From Eledone cirrhosa (Eukaryota), in contig OZ024743.1 of NCBI GenBank assembly GCA_964016885.1, positions 49,352,001 to 49,416,000 of the forward strand: a stretch of DNA of 64,000 nt. The letters run 5' to 3'. Positions 1 through 13,959 of this stretch are shown piece by piece (the first letter of the stretch is position 1; each line of letters opens with the position of its first letter). The translations under genes and the position numbers were made by a program. The notes beneath the pieces were generated by a model. The model was not told the DNA's origin. It made no database searches and saw nothing but the letters and a program-made list of their open reading frames with translations.

Positions 1-160
1 GAAGCTGATCAGATGAACTGTATATGTAATTCAAATGACCAGTCTTGTCACACAGAATCTCCCTGAGAATTATGTTAAGGGTGCATATATCTGTGGATAA
101 TTTCATGAGCAGGTTGTACCATTGATTGAAGAATAGGAACAGTCATTTTTTGAGACAGAT
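1..160 (+). mobile_element. Degenerate SINE body fragment
   Basis: GAGAATTATGTTAAGGGT...TTTCATGAGCAGGTTGT matches the reverse complement of 31470-31580 and a fragment near 35460. Confidence 0.45.
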
Positions 161-610
161 CATCATATTGATGTAGGTAGTATGAGGTCACTCTAGTTTT
201 GTGCTTGGTCACAAGAGGGCTTGCCAAATCAATTTCATAAACATTTTGTTTGTAAATTAAAAAATTAAAACAAATATTTAAAGATTGCCTATAGGTCAGT
301 TCTTATTTGTTCAGTTATTCAATAACATTCTTACCTTTAAGAATAAAAATTTCAAAAATGCAAGTAGCTCAAATTAGAGAAAAATAATAGTTGTGCAGTT
401 GTGAAAAGTCATGTAGCCTAATTTAACAACTCTGCCTTTGTTTATCTCTGTTGGTAGCATGTGTGTGTGTGAGGGTGACAGAACTTTAATAATATTGTTG
501 TGGTATGGTAGCATCAGTCATACACCCTCACATACCATCACAGAAGTACAGTCATCACTGTTGCCACCACCACAATTTGACACTCATTATAACTTCAGTT
601 CAGTATATAG

Positions 611-810
611 GGCAGTGGTTTAGCAGAATCGTTAGAGCATCTGACAAAATGTTTTGTGGTATTTATGTTTTGGATTAAAATCTTGTTGAAATCAACTTTG
701 TCTTTCATCTTTCCGGGTTTGTTAGATAAAATAAAGTACCAATCACACACTAGTGTCGTAATCGACTTTCCTCAAACATCCTTGGCCTTGTGCCAAAATT
801 AGAAATGATA
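611..810 (+). mobile_element. tRNA-derived SINE family 1, old copy
   Basis: A-box-like TAGCAGAATCGTTAG, conserved CTTTCATC..GATAAAATAAAGTACC core, and GGCCTTGTGCCAAAATTAGAAA tail. Confidence 0.7.
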
Positions 811-1124
811 ACTTTAATATAGATGAGTAAGACTAGTTATTTAGAAGGAGATAAGAAAATTAATACAAACATATATTATTAAGAATGAAAGTTAAAATAT
901 ACCCACTCACATTTCCTTGAGTTCAGTGAATACAAATATATTGATATTTTCCAATGCTATATTTTGAATCCTACAAAATAGTTATCAGTTACTACTGTAT
1001 CAATGGTGTCAGTTTTCTAATAGTGTTAGTAAAACAATAATTCACAGTTGCCTTTGGTCTATTGTTGTCTTTGACTAATTATATATATTTTCCATCAACT
1101 AAATATGTGTGTATGTATATGTGT

Positions 1125-1495
1125 CATCATCATCACCATCATCATTATGTGTATCATCATTATCATCATCATCATCACCGTTTTACGTCCGTTCTTCCAT
1201 GCTAGCATGGGTTAGACGGGTTGTCCTGTTGTGGGCAGTGTCCGGTCGGCTGGCCTTGTCTTGTTCATACAGGAACTGATTCTGGCTTGATTTGTACAGC
1301 TGGATGCCCTTCCTAACACCAACCTCATTTACAGTGAGTGCTGGGTGCTTTTTTTCCATGGCACCTCCACGACCACTTTGCAGTGGGAGGGTGTGGGGAC
1401 ATATTGTCTATATGCTTCAGCTTTGGCTTGTACCCGTGGGGAGTCGGGTCTTCTGCGTGATGCCAGAGGTCATGGTCATGTGTCATCGCCTTTGA
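1125..1495 (-). mobile_element. RTE-type 3' UTR fragment or non-autonomous element ending in (GAT)n
   Basis: Reverse complement of 2055-2337 and 29710-30070. Contains TTAGGAAGGGCATCCAGC, the CCATGCTAGCATGG hairpin and a GAT-repeat tail. Confidence 0.8.
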
Positions 1496-1498
1496 GAG

Positions 1499-1500
<2 letters not shown>

Positions 1501-1558
<58 letters not shown>
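1501..1558. repeat. (TA)n microsatellite
   Basis: Direct reading. Confidence 0.95.
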
Positions 1559-1560
<2 letters not shown>

Positions 1561-1609
1561 TCATCATCATCGTCAGTTAATGTCCATCTTCCACACTAGT
1601 ATGGGTGTT

Positions 1610-2040
1610 TTGTTCCATTTGATGTAAACATTTTTGTCGATGTACTCAATTTTATCAGGGTAACCTGTTCTATTTAAAGCATTACTGCCGAAAATGTGTT
1701 TGTTAGCTGAGAGTTCTTTGTTGAATACTATTAAGTATGGCCCTTTTAACGTTTCTAGGGTGGATTGAATAAAAGTTAACATAATGAAGGTTTTTGTTTA
1801 ATGGAATGGCTAGTAAAGGCCAGAATTAAGGTTTAACGTTATGTCTAGGAAGTTGACTATTCTATTATTATTTTCTCTTTTGAGCTTAAGACCATAATTA
1901 TTTAAAAAATCAGCAATTATTTTCTTTTTCTTATTAAAGGCGCTATTATTATGGTTAATTAATGCAAAAAGAGCATCATCTTGATATTAACCTCCGCCAA
2001 GCTCAGGTAATCTTCTGTGAATTAGGTTAAGGATAAAAAA
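1610..2040 (-). pseudogene. Penelope-like element reverse transcriptase fragment (catalytic YxDD region to thumb), with stops and frameshifts
   Basis: Manual translation gives GGG*YQDDALF...YGLKLKRENNNRIVNFLDITLNLNSGLY*PF, then after a frameshift YVNFYSIHP...NALNRTGY. This matches the GLYRDD/VNFLD/SxHP/AL..xGY pattern of PLE RTs. Confidence 0.75.
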
Positions 2041-2054
2041 AAATATACATATAT

Positions 2055-2337
2055 CACCCCCTCCCACTGCAAAGTGGTTGTGGAGGTGCCACGGCAAAAA
2101 AGCACCCAGCCCACACTGTAAAGTAGACGTGTAGGCGCCACGGAAAAAAGCACCCAGCACTCACTGTAAATGAGATTGGTGTTAGGAAGGGCATCCAGCT
2201 GTAGAAATCAAGCCAGAATCAGTTCCCGTATGAGCAAGGCAAGGTCAGCCGACCGGACACTGCCCACAGCAGGACAACCCGTCTAACCCATGCTAGCGTG
2301 GAAGAACAGACATAAAACGGTGATGATGATGATGATA
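2055..2337 (+). mobile_element. RTE-type 3' UTR fragment ending in (GAT)n
   Basis: Near-identical to 29790-30070; inverted relative to 1125-1395. Confidence 0.8.
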
Positions 2338-3084
2338 TATATACACATCATCTAAATCTATATACATATATTTATTTTTCATCATTTACCATTTTTACCT
2401 CAAAAGAATTTTAATTATTGATTTCTCAAAATCTCTCTACCTCCATCTGATCTTTCACTAACAAATAATATTTTCTCTTTGGAAATTTGATCTGGAATAT
2501 TAAAAGTTAACAACCCACTATTCTATTCAAGTTGATCATCTGCAGAGTTTCTCTGGATATTTTGTAAAAAAAAAAAATTGAGAAAATGAATTCTCAGTGG
2601 TATTTTCCTTTAAGACGATAAAGAACATTTAAGATGTTTTTCTTTTCCCAACTGAGAGTTAAGTGTATTGTTTCACAGAAACTAACAACAATAGCTCACA
2701 TCATATTTTAATACATTACTTTGGCTGCAGGTAATTATTTTTTTCTTATGAGAATCTAAGGTATGACTAATATGTGATTGTTAGTCTCCTATTTGTTTAA
2801 ATCCCCGCTGTTTGATATTTAACTATGGCATTGTCTGAAATAACAACCTACCTATTGTAGTCATAATGCCTACCAATTCTGCTTCCTTTTTCTCTTTTTT
2901 GCAACGGTACTCAATCAATGTGGATTCTCAAAAGAATATTAAACAGTTTCCTCTGTTAGCTACAAAACTGTTCTATTAATATAGTTTCAGTCATGAAAAT
3001 GAGTTTATTAATTATAGATTATCATTAATATTATTATTGATTTTATTGTTGGTATTTACATTGACTGAACATGGTTACTTGTAT

Positions 3085-3500
3085 GTGGGTGTTAACTAAT
3101 AGATATATAACTAGTTGTGAGGCTGTGTTGTTAACTAATAGATATATAACTAGTTGTGGGACTGTGTTAACTAATAGATATATAACTAGTTGTGAGGTTG
3201 TGTTGTTAACTAATAGATATATAACTAGTTGTGAGGTGTGTTGTTAACTAATAGATATATAACTAGTTGTAGGACTGTGTTAACTAATAGATATATAACT
3301 AGTTTTGAGGCTGTGTTGTTAACTAATAGATATATAACTAGTTGTGAGGTTGTGTTAACTAATAGATATATAACTAGTTTTGAGGCTGTGTTGTTAACTA
3401 ATAGATATATAACTAGTTGTGAGGTTGTGTTGTTAACCAGTAAATGTGATACTAGTTGTGATGTGTTGCTAACCACTACATGTATGAACTAGCTGTGGGA
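3085..3500. repeat. Minisatellite, about 38-41 bp unit
   Basis: About 10 copies of GTGTT(GTT)AACTAATAGATATATAACTAGTTGTGAGG. Confidence 0.9.
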
Positions 3501-3991
3501 CTGTATTCAGTGGGATCTTAATTACTTGACCAAATGTATTATGAATCAGTCAATTATCTGTGATGTAGTCAGGTAAAACAAACAAATTCTGATTAGATAA
3601 TTTTAACTATACGTATTTGTATGGTGTGTGTGTCTTTATATCCAAACTGTTTAAAGCAAGTGATACTTGTTTATATCCTATAGCTTAACTGTTGGCTGGA
3701 GTCCCATGGTATATATTATGCTTAAAAATAAAGCATGGGTTAGCATCAAGAAGGGCATCTAGCTGTAGAAAAAATGTCTCAAAAATATTTCCTCCAACCC
3801 ATGCCTACATTGAGAAGCAGATGTAAAAATGATGATTATGATGATTTAGAGAACTTCTTCATGTTGTTTTGTAGGAAATCCCTCCCTTCGACACTTAGTT
3901 TAGTTTTGATTACAAAGACACCAAAATGTCCTCCTTTTGGAAAGTTATCAGATATTATCTGTGAAAATATGAGTTACTAATTATATATTTT

Positions 3992-4178
3992 CGGTGGATT
4001 GGCAGTATCGGTAGAGGGTCAGACGCCATGCTTTCCAGCATAGTTACGTCCCTTTACGATCTGAGTTCAAATCCCGCCGAGGTTGACTTTGCCTTTCATC
4101 CTTACGGGGTCGATAAAATAAAGTACCAGTAATGCACTGGGTTATTGCTGCCCTTGTGCCTAACGTAGAAACAATTAT
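3992..4178 (+). mobile_element. tRNA-derived SINE family 1 with TSD
   Basis: A box TGGCAGTATCGG, B box GAGTTCAAATC, core CTTTCATCCTTACGGGGTCGATAAAATAAAGTACC; flanked by the direct repeat AATTATATATTTTC. Confidence 0.9.
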
Positions 4179-5732
4179 ATATTTTCAAACAATCTTACAG
4201 AAATTTTTCAAATTCTACTATTTCCTCTGAACACCGAGAAACAAATTCAAAGTGTTAATGACATTTGTAATTATAAAAAGATTGTGTGTGTTTGTTCAAG
4301 TAAAATCTGTTTGAGGTTTCTCCCTTGTTATTATAGTGATTGAATGGAAATAGAAGTTCAACAACAGTTTTTTATGATGTAAAACTACTAATACTGTCCT
4401 TTGTTATATCTGGGATTATTCTCCATTCCTGATCAAACATTCTTATAGATCTTTTGATATTAAATGAAAATATACCAAATACCATGACTGCAGCTTATCA
4501 AATGGCATCTGACTATTGCCACTTGTAAGAATTCTAGTGCAATAACTGTAAAGCATTCACTCTAGCCTGGTATTAGTTTTAGAAATTCATGTTTTATAGA
4601 TTTCTGAATTCTTCCAACCTCTTGGCTATTGTTTTTACTTCAGTTCTTAACTATTTCCATTTGTATTCTTGCCATTACAAGTTGGCACAGTCAGCTTTTA
4701 ATTAACCATCATTGGTTTTATCGATTTTAAGTAAATTTATCAACAATAATTCATCTAAAAAAACAATTTATATATATGAGAAAAATGACTTACGCATATT
4801 TTTGCAGGTTTAAAAATTGAATAGTTTAAATAAATTTCTGTGTGTATCCAGTTTAGAATAGCTACACCATATCCCTGCATATTGTAAGGGTTGACTAAAA
4901 GGGTTGAAACCAGGAAGGGAATCTAGTCAAAACGGACCCCATGATGCATATAGATTCTTTCATGGGGACCACAAAACTATCCTTGTGGTTTGTTTTGCTT
5001 AAACTGTTGCAGGTCCATTCCTTTTGGAAAGACATGAGCATAAGTGAGTTCTAGAGAGTTGGGGTTCAGGGCAAGTAGAATTGGGTATAGTAGATAATAC
5101 AGAGCCTAAGTAGGAAGGAGATGAATACAACATGAGTGATAAGAGGAGGAGTGAGTCCGGCTGCCAGAGTGGAGGTGGCATAAGACTAGCAAGCTCTGTG
5201 GAGCAGAGACCATTGTAGTAACAGTTGATGATAGAGAGGGAAAAGGCAGAACATTTGCAGGGCCAGAAGCTGGAGTAACAGTTGCATAAGACAAGCTTTG
5301 AGGAGCAGAAACCTCTGTGGGCCAGAGGCTGGAGTGTGTTTTCATGGAATAATGAAGTACTTTCCCTAACTAATTAGTTTAGAATGATACAGAAACAGCA
5401 ACTGTTATAGATTAAATAGTAATGAACATCAAAGTTCTGTTGCTGCAACTATATTTGGTCAGAAGTAGATGTGAGAATTAATATTGTAATGGTATTGAAA
5501 TGGTAAATATCAACATCAAACGAAGTTATCCATGATTAATACAGTAGAAGGATCTAAACTGTGTTTATTCAATTTCCTTTATAAATGATTCCTTGAAGGC
5601 AAACAGTTTGCTATCATTTGAAATGGTTTGCTTAGTATATCGCTAGTTGGAACAATTGTTACCTAATCGTTGCTGCTATTAAAGGTATTCAGTCAAGATT
5701 TTAATGATCAGAAGTCTCCAGCTATGAATAAC

Positions 5733-8700
5733 TGATGTACTGTCATATACTACCATGTGGTATAATATGATGTAATGTCATAACTACCATGTGGTGTAAT
5801 ATGATGTACTGTGATATATTACCATGTGGTATAATATGATGTACTGTGATATACTACCATGTGGTATAATATGATGTACTGTGATATACTACCATGTGGT
5901 ATATGATGTACTGTCATATACTACCATGTGGTGTAATATGATGTACTGTGATATACTACCATGTGGTATATGATGTACTGTGATATACTACCATGTGGTG
6001 TAATATGATGTACTGTCATATACTACCATGTGGTGTAATATGATGTACTGTCATATACTACCATGTGGTATAATATGATGTACTGTCATATACTACCATG
6101 TGGTATATGATGTATTGTGATATACTACCATGTGGTGTAATATGATGTACTGTCATATACTACCATGTGGTTTATGATGTACTGTCATATACTACCATGT
6201 GGTGTAATATGATGTACTGTCATATACTACCATGTGGTGTAATATGATGTACTGTCATATACTACCATGTGGTATATGATGTACTGTGATATACTACCAT
6301 GTGGTGTAATATGATCTACTGTGATATACTACCATGTGGTGTAATATGATGTACTGTGATATACTACCATGTGGTATAATATGATGTACTGTGATATACT
6401 ACCATATGGTATATGATGTACTGTGATATACTACCATGTGGTATATGATGTACTGTGATATACTACCATGTGGTGTAATATGATGTACTGTCATATACTA
6501 CCATGTGGTGTAATATGATGTACTGTCATATACTACCATGTGGTATAATATGATGTACTGTCATACACTACCATGTGGTATATGATGTATTGTGATATAC
6601 TACCATGTGGTGTAATATGATGTACTGTGATATACTACCATGTGGTTTATGATGTACTGTCATATACTACCATGTGGTGTAATATGATGTACTGTCATAT
6701 ACTACCATGTGGTGTAATATGATGTACTGTCATATACTACCATGTGGTATATGATGTACTGTGATATACTACCATGTGGTGTAATATGATCTACTGTGAT
6801 ATACTACCATGTGGTGTAATATGATGTACTGTGATATACTATCATATGGTATATGATGTACTGTCATATACTACCATGTGGTGTAATATGATGTACTGTC
6901 ATATACTATCATGTGGTATAATGATGTACTGTCATATACTACCATGTGGTATAATATGATGTACTGTCATATACTACCATGTGGTATATGATGTATTGAT
7001 ATACTACCATGTGGTGTAATATGATGTATTGTGATATACTACCATGTGGTGTAATATGATGTACTGTGATATACTACCATGTGGTGTAATATGATGTACT
7101 GTGATATACTACCATGTGGTATATGATGTACTGTCATATACTACCATGTGGTATATGATGTATTGTGATATACTACCATGTGGTGTAATATGATGTACTG
7201 TCATATACTACCATGTGGTTTATGATGTACTGTCATATACTACCATGTGGTGTAATATGATGTACTGTCATATACTACCATGTGGTGTAATATGATGTAC
7301 TGTCATATACTACCATGTGGTATATGATGTACTGTGATATACTACCATGTGGTGTAATATGATCTACTGTGATATACTACCATGTGGTGTAATATGATGT
7401 ACTGTGATATACTACCATGTGGTATAATATGATGTACTGTGATATACTACCATATGGTATATGATGTACTGTGATATACTACCATGTGGTATATGATGTA
7501 CTGTCATATACTACAATGTGGTGTAATATGATGTACTGTGATATACTACCATGTGGTATATGATGTACTGTGATATACTACCATGTGGTGTAATATGATG
7601 TACTGTCATATACTACCATGTGGTGTAATATGATGTACTGTCATATACTACCATGTGGTATAATATGATGTACTGTCATATACTACCATGTGGTATATGA
7701 TGTATTGTGATATACTACCATGTGGTGTAATATGATGTACTGTCATATACTACCATGTGGTTTATGATGTACTGTCATATACTACCATGTGGTGTAATAT
7801 AATGTACTGTCATATACTACCATGTGGTGTAATATGATGTACTGTCATATACTACCATGTGGTATATGATGTACTGTGATATACTACCATGTGGTGTAAT
7901 ATGATCTACTGTGATATACTACCATGTGGTGTAATATGATGTACTGTGATATACTATCATGTGGTATATGATGTACTGTCATATACTACCATGTGGTGTA
8001 ATATGTACTGTGATGTGATGTACTGTGATATACTACCATGTGGTATAATATGATGTACTGTCATATACTATCATGTGGTATAATGATGTACTGTCATATA
8101 CTACCATGTGGTATATGATGTACTGTCATATACTACCATGTGGTATATGATGTATTGATATACTACCATGTGGTGTAATATGATGTATTGTGATATACTA
8201 CCATGTGGTGTAATATGATGTACTGTGATATACTACCATGTGGTGTAATATGATGTACTGTGATATACTACCATGTGGTGTAATATGATGTACTGTCATA
8301 TACTACCATGTGGTGTAATATGATGTACTGTCATATACTACCATGTGGTGTAATATGATGTACTGTGATATACTATCATGTGGTGTAATATGATGTACTG
8401 ACATATACTACCATGTGGTATAATATGATGTACTGTGATATACTACCACGTGGTATATGATGTACTGTGATATACTACCATGTGGTATATGATGTACTGT
8501 CCTATACTACCATGTGGTATAATATGATGTACTGTGATATACTACCATGTGGTATAATATGATGTACTGTGATATACTACTATATGGTATATGATGTACT
8601 GTGATATACTACCATGTGGTATATGATGTACTGTCATATACTACCATGTGGTATATGATGTATTGTGATATACTACCATGTGGTGTAATATGATGTACTG

Positions 8701-10885
8701 TCATATACTACCATGTGGTTTATGATGTACTGTCATATACTACCATGTGGTGTAATATGATGTACTGTCATATACTACCATGTGGTGTAATATGATGTAC
8801 TGTCATATACTACCATGTGGTATATGATGTACTGTGATATACTACCATGTGGTGTAATATGATCTACTGTGATATACTACCATGTGGTGTAATATGATGT
8901 ACTGTGATATACTACCATGTGGTATAATATGATGTACTGTGATATACTACCATATGGTATATGATGTACTGTGATATACTACCATGTGGTATATGATGTA
9001 CTGTCATATACTACAATGTGGTGTAATATGATGTACTGTGATATACTACCATGTGGTATATGATGTACTGTGATATACTACCATGTGGTGTAATATGATG
9101 TACTGTCATATACTACCATGTGGTGTAATATGATGTACTGTCATATACTACCATGTGGTATAATATGATGTACTGTCATATACTACCATGTGGTATATGA
9201 TGTATTGTGATATACTACCATGTGGTGTAATATGATGTACTGTCATATACTACCATGTGGTTTATGATGTACTGTCATATACTACCATGTGGTGTAATAT
9301 GATGTACTGTCATATACTACCATGTGGTATATGATGTACTGTGATATACTACCATGTGGTGTAATATGATCTACTGTGATATACTACCATGTGGTGTAAT
9401 ATGATGTACTGTGATATACTATCATGTGGTATATGATGTACTGTCATATACTACCATGTGGTGTAATATGTACTGTGATGTGATGTACTGTGATATACTA
9501 CCATGTGGTATAATATGATGTACTGTCATATACTATCATGTGGTATAATGATGTACTGTCATATACTACCATGTGGTATAATATGATGTACTGTCATATA
9601 CTACCATGTGGTATATGATGTATTGATATACTACCATGTGGTGTAATATGATGTATTGTGATATACTACCATGTGGTGTAATATGATGTACTGTGATATA
9701 CTACCATGTGGTGTAATATGATGTACTGTGATATACTACCATGTGGTGTAATATGATGTACTGTCATATACTACCATGTGGTGTAATATGATGTACTGTC
9801 ATATACTACCATGTGGTGTAATATGATGTACTGTGATATACTATCATGTGGTGTAATATGATGTACTGACATATACTACCATGTGGTATAATATGATGTA
9901 CTGTGATATACTACCACGTGGTATATGATGTACTGTGATATACTACCATGTGGTATATGATGTACTGTCCTATACTACCATGTGGTATAATATGATGTAC
10001 TGTGATATACTACCATGTGGTATAATATGATGTACTGTGATATACTACTATATGGTATATGATGTACTGTGATATACTACCATGTGGTATAATATGATGT
10101 ACTGTCATATACTACCATGTGGTGTAATATGATGTACTGTGATATACTACCATGTGGTATATGATGTACTGTCATATACTACCATGTGGTGTAATATGAT
10201 GTACTGTGATATACTACCTGGTGGTTTAATCTGATGTACTGTGATATACTATCATGTGGTATATGATGTAGTCATATGGTATATGATGTATCCATGTGGT
10301 GTAATATGATGTACTGTGATGTGATGTACTGTGATATACTACCATGTGGTATAATATGATGTACTGTCATATACTATCATGTGGTATAATATGATGTACT
10401 GTCATATACTACCATGTGGTGTAATATGATGTACTGTCATATACTATCATGTGGTGTAATATGATGTACTGTCATATACTACCATGTGGTATAATATGAT
10501 GTACTGTGATATACTAACATGTGGTATAATATGATGTACTGTCATATACTATCATGTGGTGTAATATGATGTACTGTCACGACAAAAAAGCACACAGTCC
10601 ACGCTGTAATGTGGCTGTGTAGGTAACACGGTAAAAACCTCCCAGTCTACACTGTAAACGTGGTTGGTGTTAGGAAGGGCATCCAGCCGTAGAAAATCCA
10701 CCAGACAGTCCCATACGAGCGAGACGACCAATCTTGCCTCAAGTGGGACAATTCCCGTCTAAACCCATGCTAGCATGGAAGATAGACATTAAACGATGAT
10801 GATGATGATGATGATGTGATATACTACCATGTGGGGTAATATGATGTACTGTGATATACTACCATGTGGTGTAATATGATGTACC
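5733..10885. repeat. Large minisatellite, 33/36 bp unit with higher-order structure
   Basis: Well over 100 copies of TGATGTACTGT(C/G)ATATACTACCATGTGGT(GTA/ATA)ATA. Confidence 0.97.
10579..10815 (+). mobile_element. RTE subfamily B 3' end inserted in the minisatellite
   Basis: Matches the reverse complement of the 3' UTR at 54950-55300; (GAT)n tail; the minisatellite resumes after it. Confidence 0.85.
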
Positions 10886-11101
10886 GTGGAAACTATAAAT
10901 TTGCTAAACAATTTGGCAATGTGATGTTTAACATTGATGTAGCTGTAATTATGAAATAGTGTGACTATGAGAGAGAGAGAGGGGGAGATTCTGTGGGAAC
11001 ATTCTAAAGTTGTTTATGTTGTTCTAAGCTGTGAGACATAAACAAACAGCACCGGTTGTTTTAAGTGGTGACAATGTGAAGACATACACAGGTCTAAATA
11101 T

Positions 11102-12277
11102 ATGTAGTTTGGTTTTGTGCCTGGGAAGAGTACAACAGATGCCCTCTTCTTGGTGAGACAATTACAAGAGAGGTTCTTAGAGAAGAATAAGCCACTATAC
11201 TTAGCCTTTGTTGACCTAGAGAAGGCCTTTGATAGGGTACCCCAATCTGTCATCTGGTGGTCCCTAAGGAAACTAGGAATGGCTTGTGAGGACAGTGCAA
11301 ACTTTGTACAGAGGTACTGTCAGTAAAGTCAGGGTAGGAATGGAGTTTAGTGAGGAATTCCAGATACAAGTAGGAGTACATCAAGGTTCGGTCCTCAGCC
11401 CGCTCTTGTTCATTATAGTCCTCCAAGCCATAACAGAGGAGTTTAAGACTGGCTGTCCATGGGAACTTCTCTATGCTGACGATTTGGTTCTTATAGCAGA
11501 ATCAGTAGAGGGGCTAGAGAATAAATTCTGGCTATGGAAACAACAGTTGGAATCAAGATTCTGGCTATGGAAACAACAGTTGGGTACACAAGAGATGTAG
11601 TGGGATAGCAGGCAAACTAACAGGTAGGGAGAAATCCGTATGCAGTAGATGTACAGGGAAATTACACAGTAGAAGTCACATTGATAGACACATTTTAAAA
11701 ATGCAGGCGGGTGCTATAGAAGTGGTGGATAGCTTCCGGTACCTAGGAGATCAGATTAGCATGGAAGGGGGGTGTTCCGAGGCCATAGTATCTAGAATAA
11801 GGACGGATTGGAAGAAGTTTAGGGAGCTGCTTCCTCTGCTGATGAAGAAGGATTTCTCCCTGCGTACGGAAGGCCGGTTATATGATGCCCGTGTGAGGAG
11901 CGCGATGCTGCATGGTAGTGAGACATGGGCAGCAACTGCAGAGGATATGCGACGGCTGGAGAGAAATGAAGCAAGCATGCTCCGTTGGATGTGCAATGTC
12001 AATGTGCGTGAATGACCCAGCATGAATGTGTTGAGAGAGAAACTGTGTCTGAGAGGGATAGAATGTAGTGTACGGGAGAGGAGACTGAGGTGTTATGGAC
12101 ATGTGATGCGCATGGAGGATGACCGATGGGTGAAGAAGTGCCAGGAAATGCCAGTTGAAGGAAGACATGGTAGAGGTATACCACGAAAAACATGGGCGGA
12201 AGTGGTGAGAACAGACCCGTCCCACCCTTGCAAGCAGGGAAAAGCGGACGTAAAATGATGATGATGATGATGATGAA
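11102..12277 (+). mobile_element. RTE-clade LINE, subfamily A, 5'-truncated and decayed
   Basis: FGF.PGKSTTDA, AFVDLEKAFDRV, GVHQGSVLSPLLF, LLYADDLVL, FRYLG, HGSETW; (GAT)n tail; highly similar to 50225-51585. Confidence 0.95.
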
Positions 12278-12418
12278 TACACACACATTTTTTTTTCAGT
12301 CTGATTATCTGTGCTCACATGTAATAGAGAAGTCCTCTCCAGTTGACAATATATTTTGTATATAAGACTTTATCATTATCTTCTCTGCCCAGACTGGGAT
12401 CAAAATCTGTGTCCTCCC

Positions 12419-12638
12419 TTAACCCTTTAGCATTTAAACTGGCCGAGTCTGGCTAGAATTGTCTCATCTCTTTCTGTTCAAACCAGCTGCTCATACTGAT
12501 GTTAAGGTATTTTTCCCAAAATAAATATCAAAATCTCATAGATTCGATATTATCTGTGAAAATATAAATTATGTGAAAATGATAAGTTATGAGAAAATAT
12601 AATAGTATGAAAATGTAATGAAAATGTTAAAGGGTTAA
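12419..12638 (+). mobile_element. piggyBac-type MITE
   Basis: TTAA-CCCTTTAGCATTT...AAATGTTAAAGGG-TTAA termini; other copies at 27552, 45610 and 52645. Confidence 0.85.
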
Positions 12639-13029
12639 ACACTTTATATATCATCAAATATGGAGTCTTCACCAATAATTGTTGTTTTTCAATCTGTGTA
12701 TGCGTATGAGCCTCTCTTCATAACTTCACCTATGTCATTTGGAAATAGCTGTTGCTAATGATGCTACCATCACCAGCACACCACTAAAAACATTGCCACC
12801 ATCACACCACCACCACTGCTGTCATGGAGCAGGTCTACATACATTCACACAATGAGATAGAACTTGTGCTGTTTAACCCTGGGTCAGCATTAGACATTGA
12901 ATCCTGACCTCCTTCATGTCAGAGATCCACTCCTGGCCACTTCTGTGTTGCCACTGTGATGGCTTTCTACCAGTTCTCAGCAGGTGGTGGTTCTACCTAC
13001 ATGACTGACCACTCTACTGTTTACCTTTC

Positions 13030-13440
13030 TACCTACCCGCACTACCTACCCGCACTACCCACCCACACTACCCACCCACTACCCACACACACTACCCACA
13101 ATACTACCCCCACCCGCACTACCTTCAGCCACACTACCCACCCACACTACCCACACCCACCGCCACACCACCCACCCACACTACCCACATCCACCACCCA
13201 CCCACACTACCCACATCCACCACCCACCCACACTACCCACATCCACCACCCACCCACACTACCCACCCATACAACCCACACCCACACTACCCACCCACAC
13301 TACCCACACCCACACTACCCACCCTTACTACCCACACCCACACTAACCACGCCCACCCACACTAACTACGCCCACCCACACTCACTACCCACACTTACTA
13401 CCCACCCACACCCACTACCCACACAGATACCACAACCCCC
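13030..13440. repeat. C/A-rich low-complexity repeat (CCCACAC/TACCCAC)
   Basis: Direct reading. Confidence 0.9.
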
Positions 13441-13526
13441 CTTCTCTCACTATTAGATGTTCACTCTCTCCCACCCTCAGTCACCTATTGAATGTTGACT
13501 ATCTCTCTCCCTCTTTCATTATATAA

Positions 13527-13716
13527 GGCGGTGGATTGGCAGTATCGGTAGAGGGTCGGACGCCATGCTTTCCAGCATAGTTACGTCCCTTTACGATTTG
13601 AGTTCAAATCCTGCCGAGGTTGACTTTGCCTTTCATCCTTACGGGGTCGATAAAATAAAGTACCAGTAATGCACTGGGTAATTGCTGGCCTTGTGCCTAA
13701 AGTAGAAACAATTATA
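13527..13716 (+). mobile_element. SINE family 1, full length
   Basis: GGCGGTGGATTGGCAGTATCGG...AGTAGAAACAATTAT; flanking ATTATAT repeat. Confidence 0.9.
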
Positions 13717-13747
13717 TTAGGTGGTCTCTCTCCCCCTCTTTCATTAG

Positions 13748-13932
13748 TGCGGTAGATTGCCAGTATCAGTAGAGGGTCGGACGCTTTGCTTTGACGCAAA
13801 GAGTTACGGCCCTTTATTGTCTGAGTTCAAATCCTGCCAAGGTTAACTTTGCCTTTCATCCTTTCGGGGTCGATAAAATAAAGTACCAGTAATACACTGA
13901 GATAATTGCTGGCCTTGTGCCAAAACAATTAT
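13748..13932 (+). mobile_element. SINE family 1, second adjacent copy
   Basis: Same A box, B box and core. Confidence 0.88.
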
Positions 13933-13959
13933 ATATGGTGGTCCCTCTCCTCTTTGATT

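Noticed and set aside
3992-4090. tRNA gene
   Set aside because: The A and B boxes belong to a multicopy SINE head; no cloverleaf is evident.
4860-5345. Possible LINE 5' UTR or ORF1 remnant
   Set aside because: Only a weak, degenerate motif resemblance; cannot be supported without a search.
5733-10885. CRISPR-like appearance (33-36 bp partly palindromic repeats)
   Set aside because: Units are directly adjacent with no unique spacers, there are no cas genes, and the context is eukaryotic.
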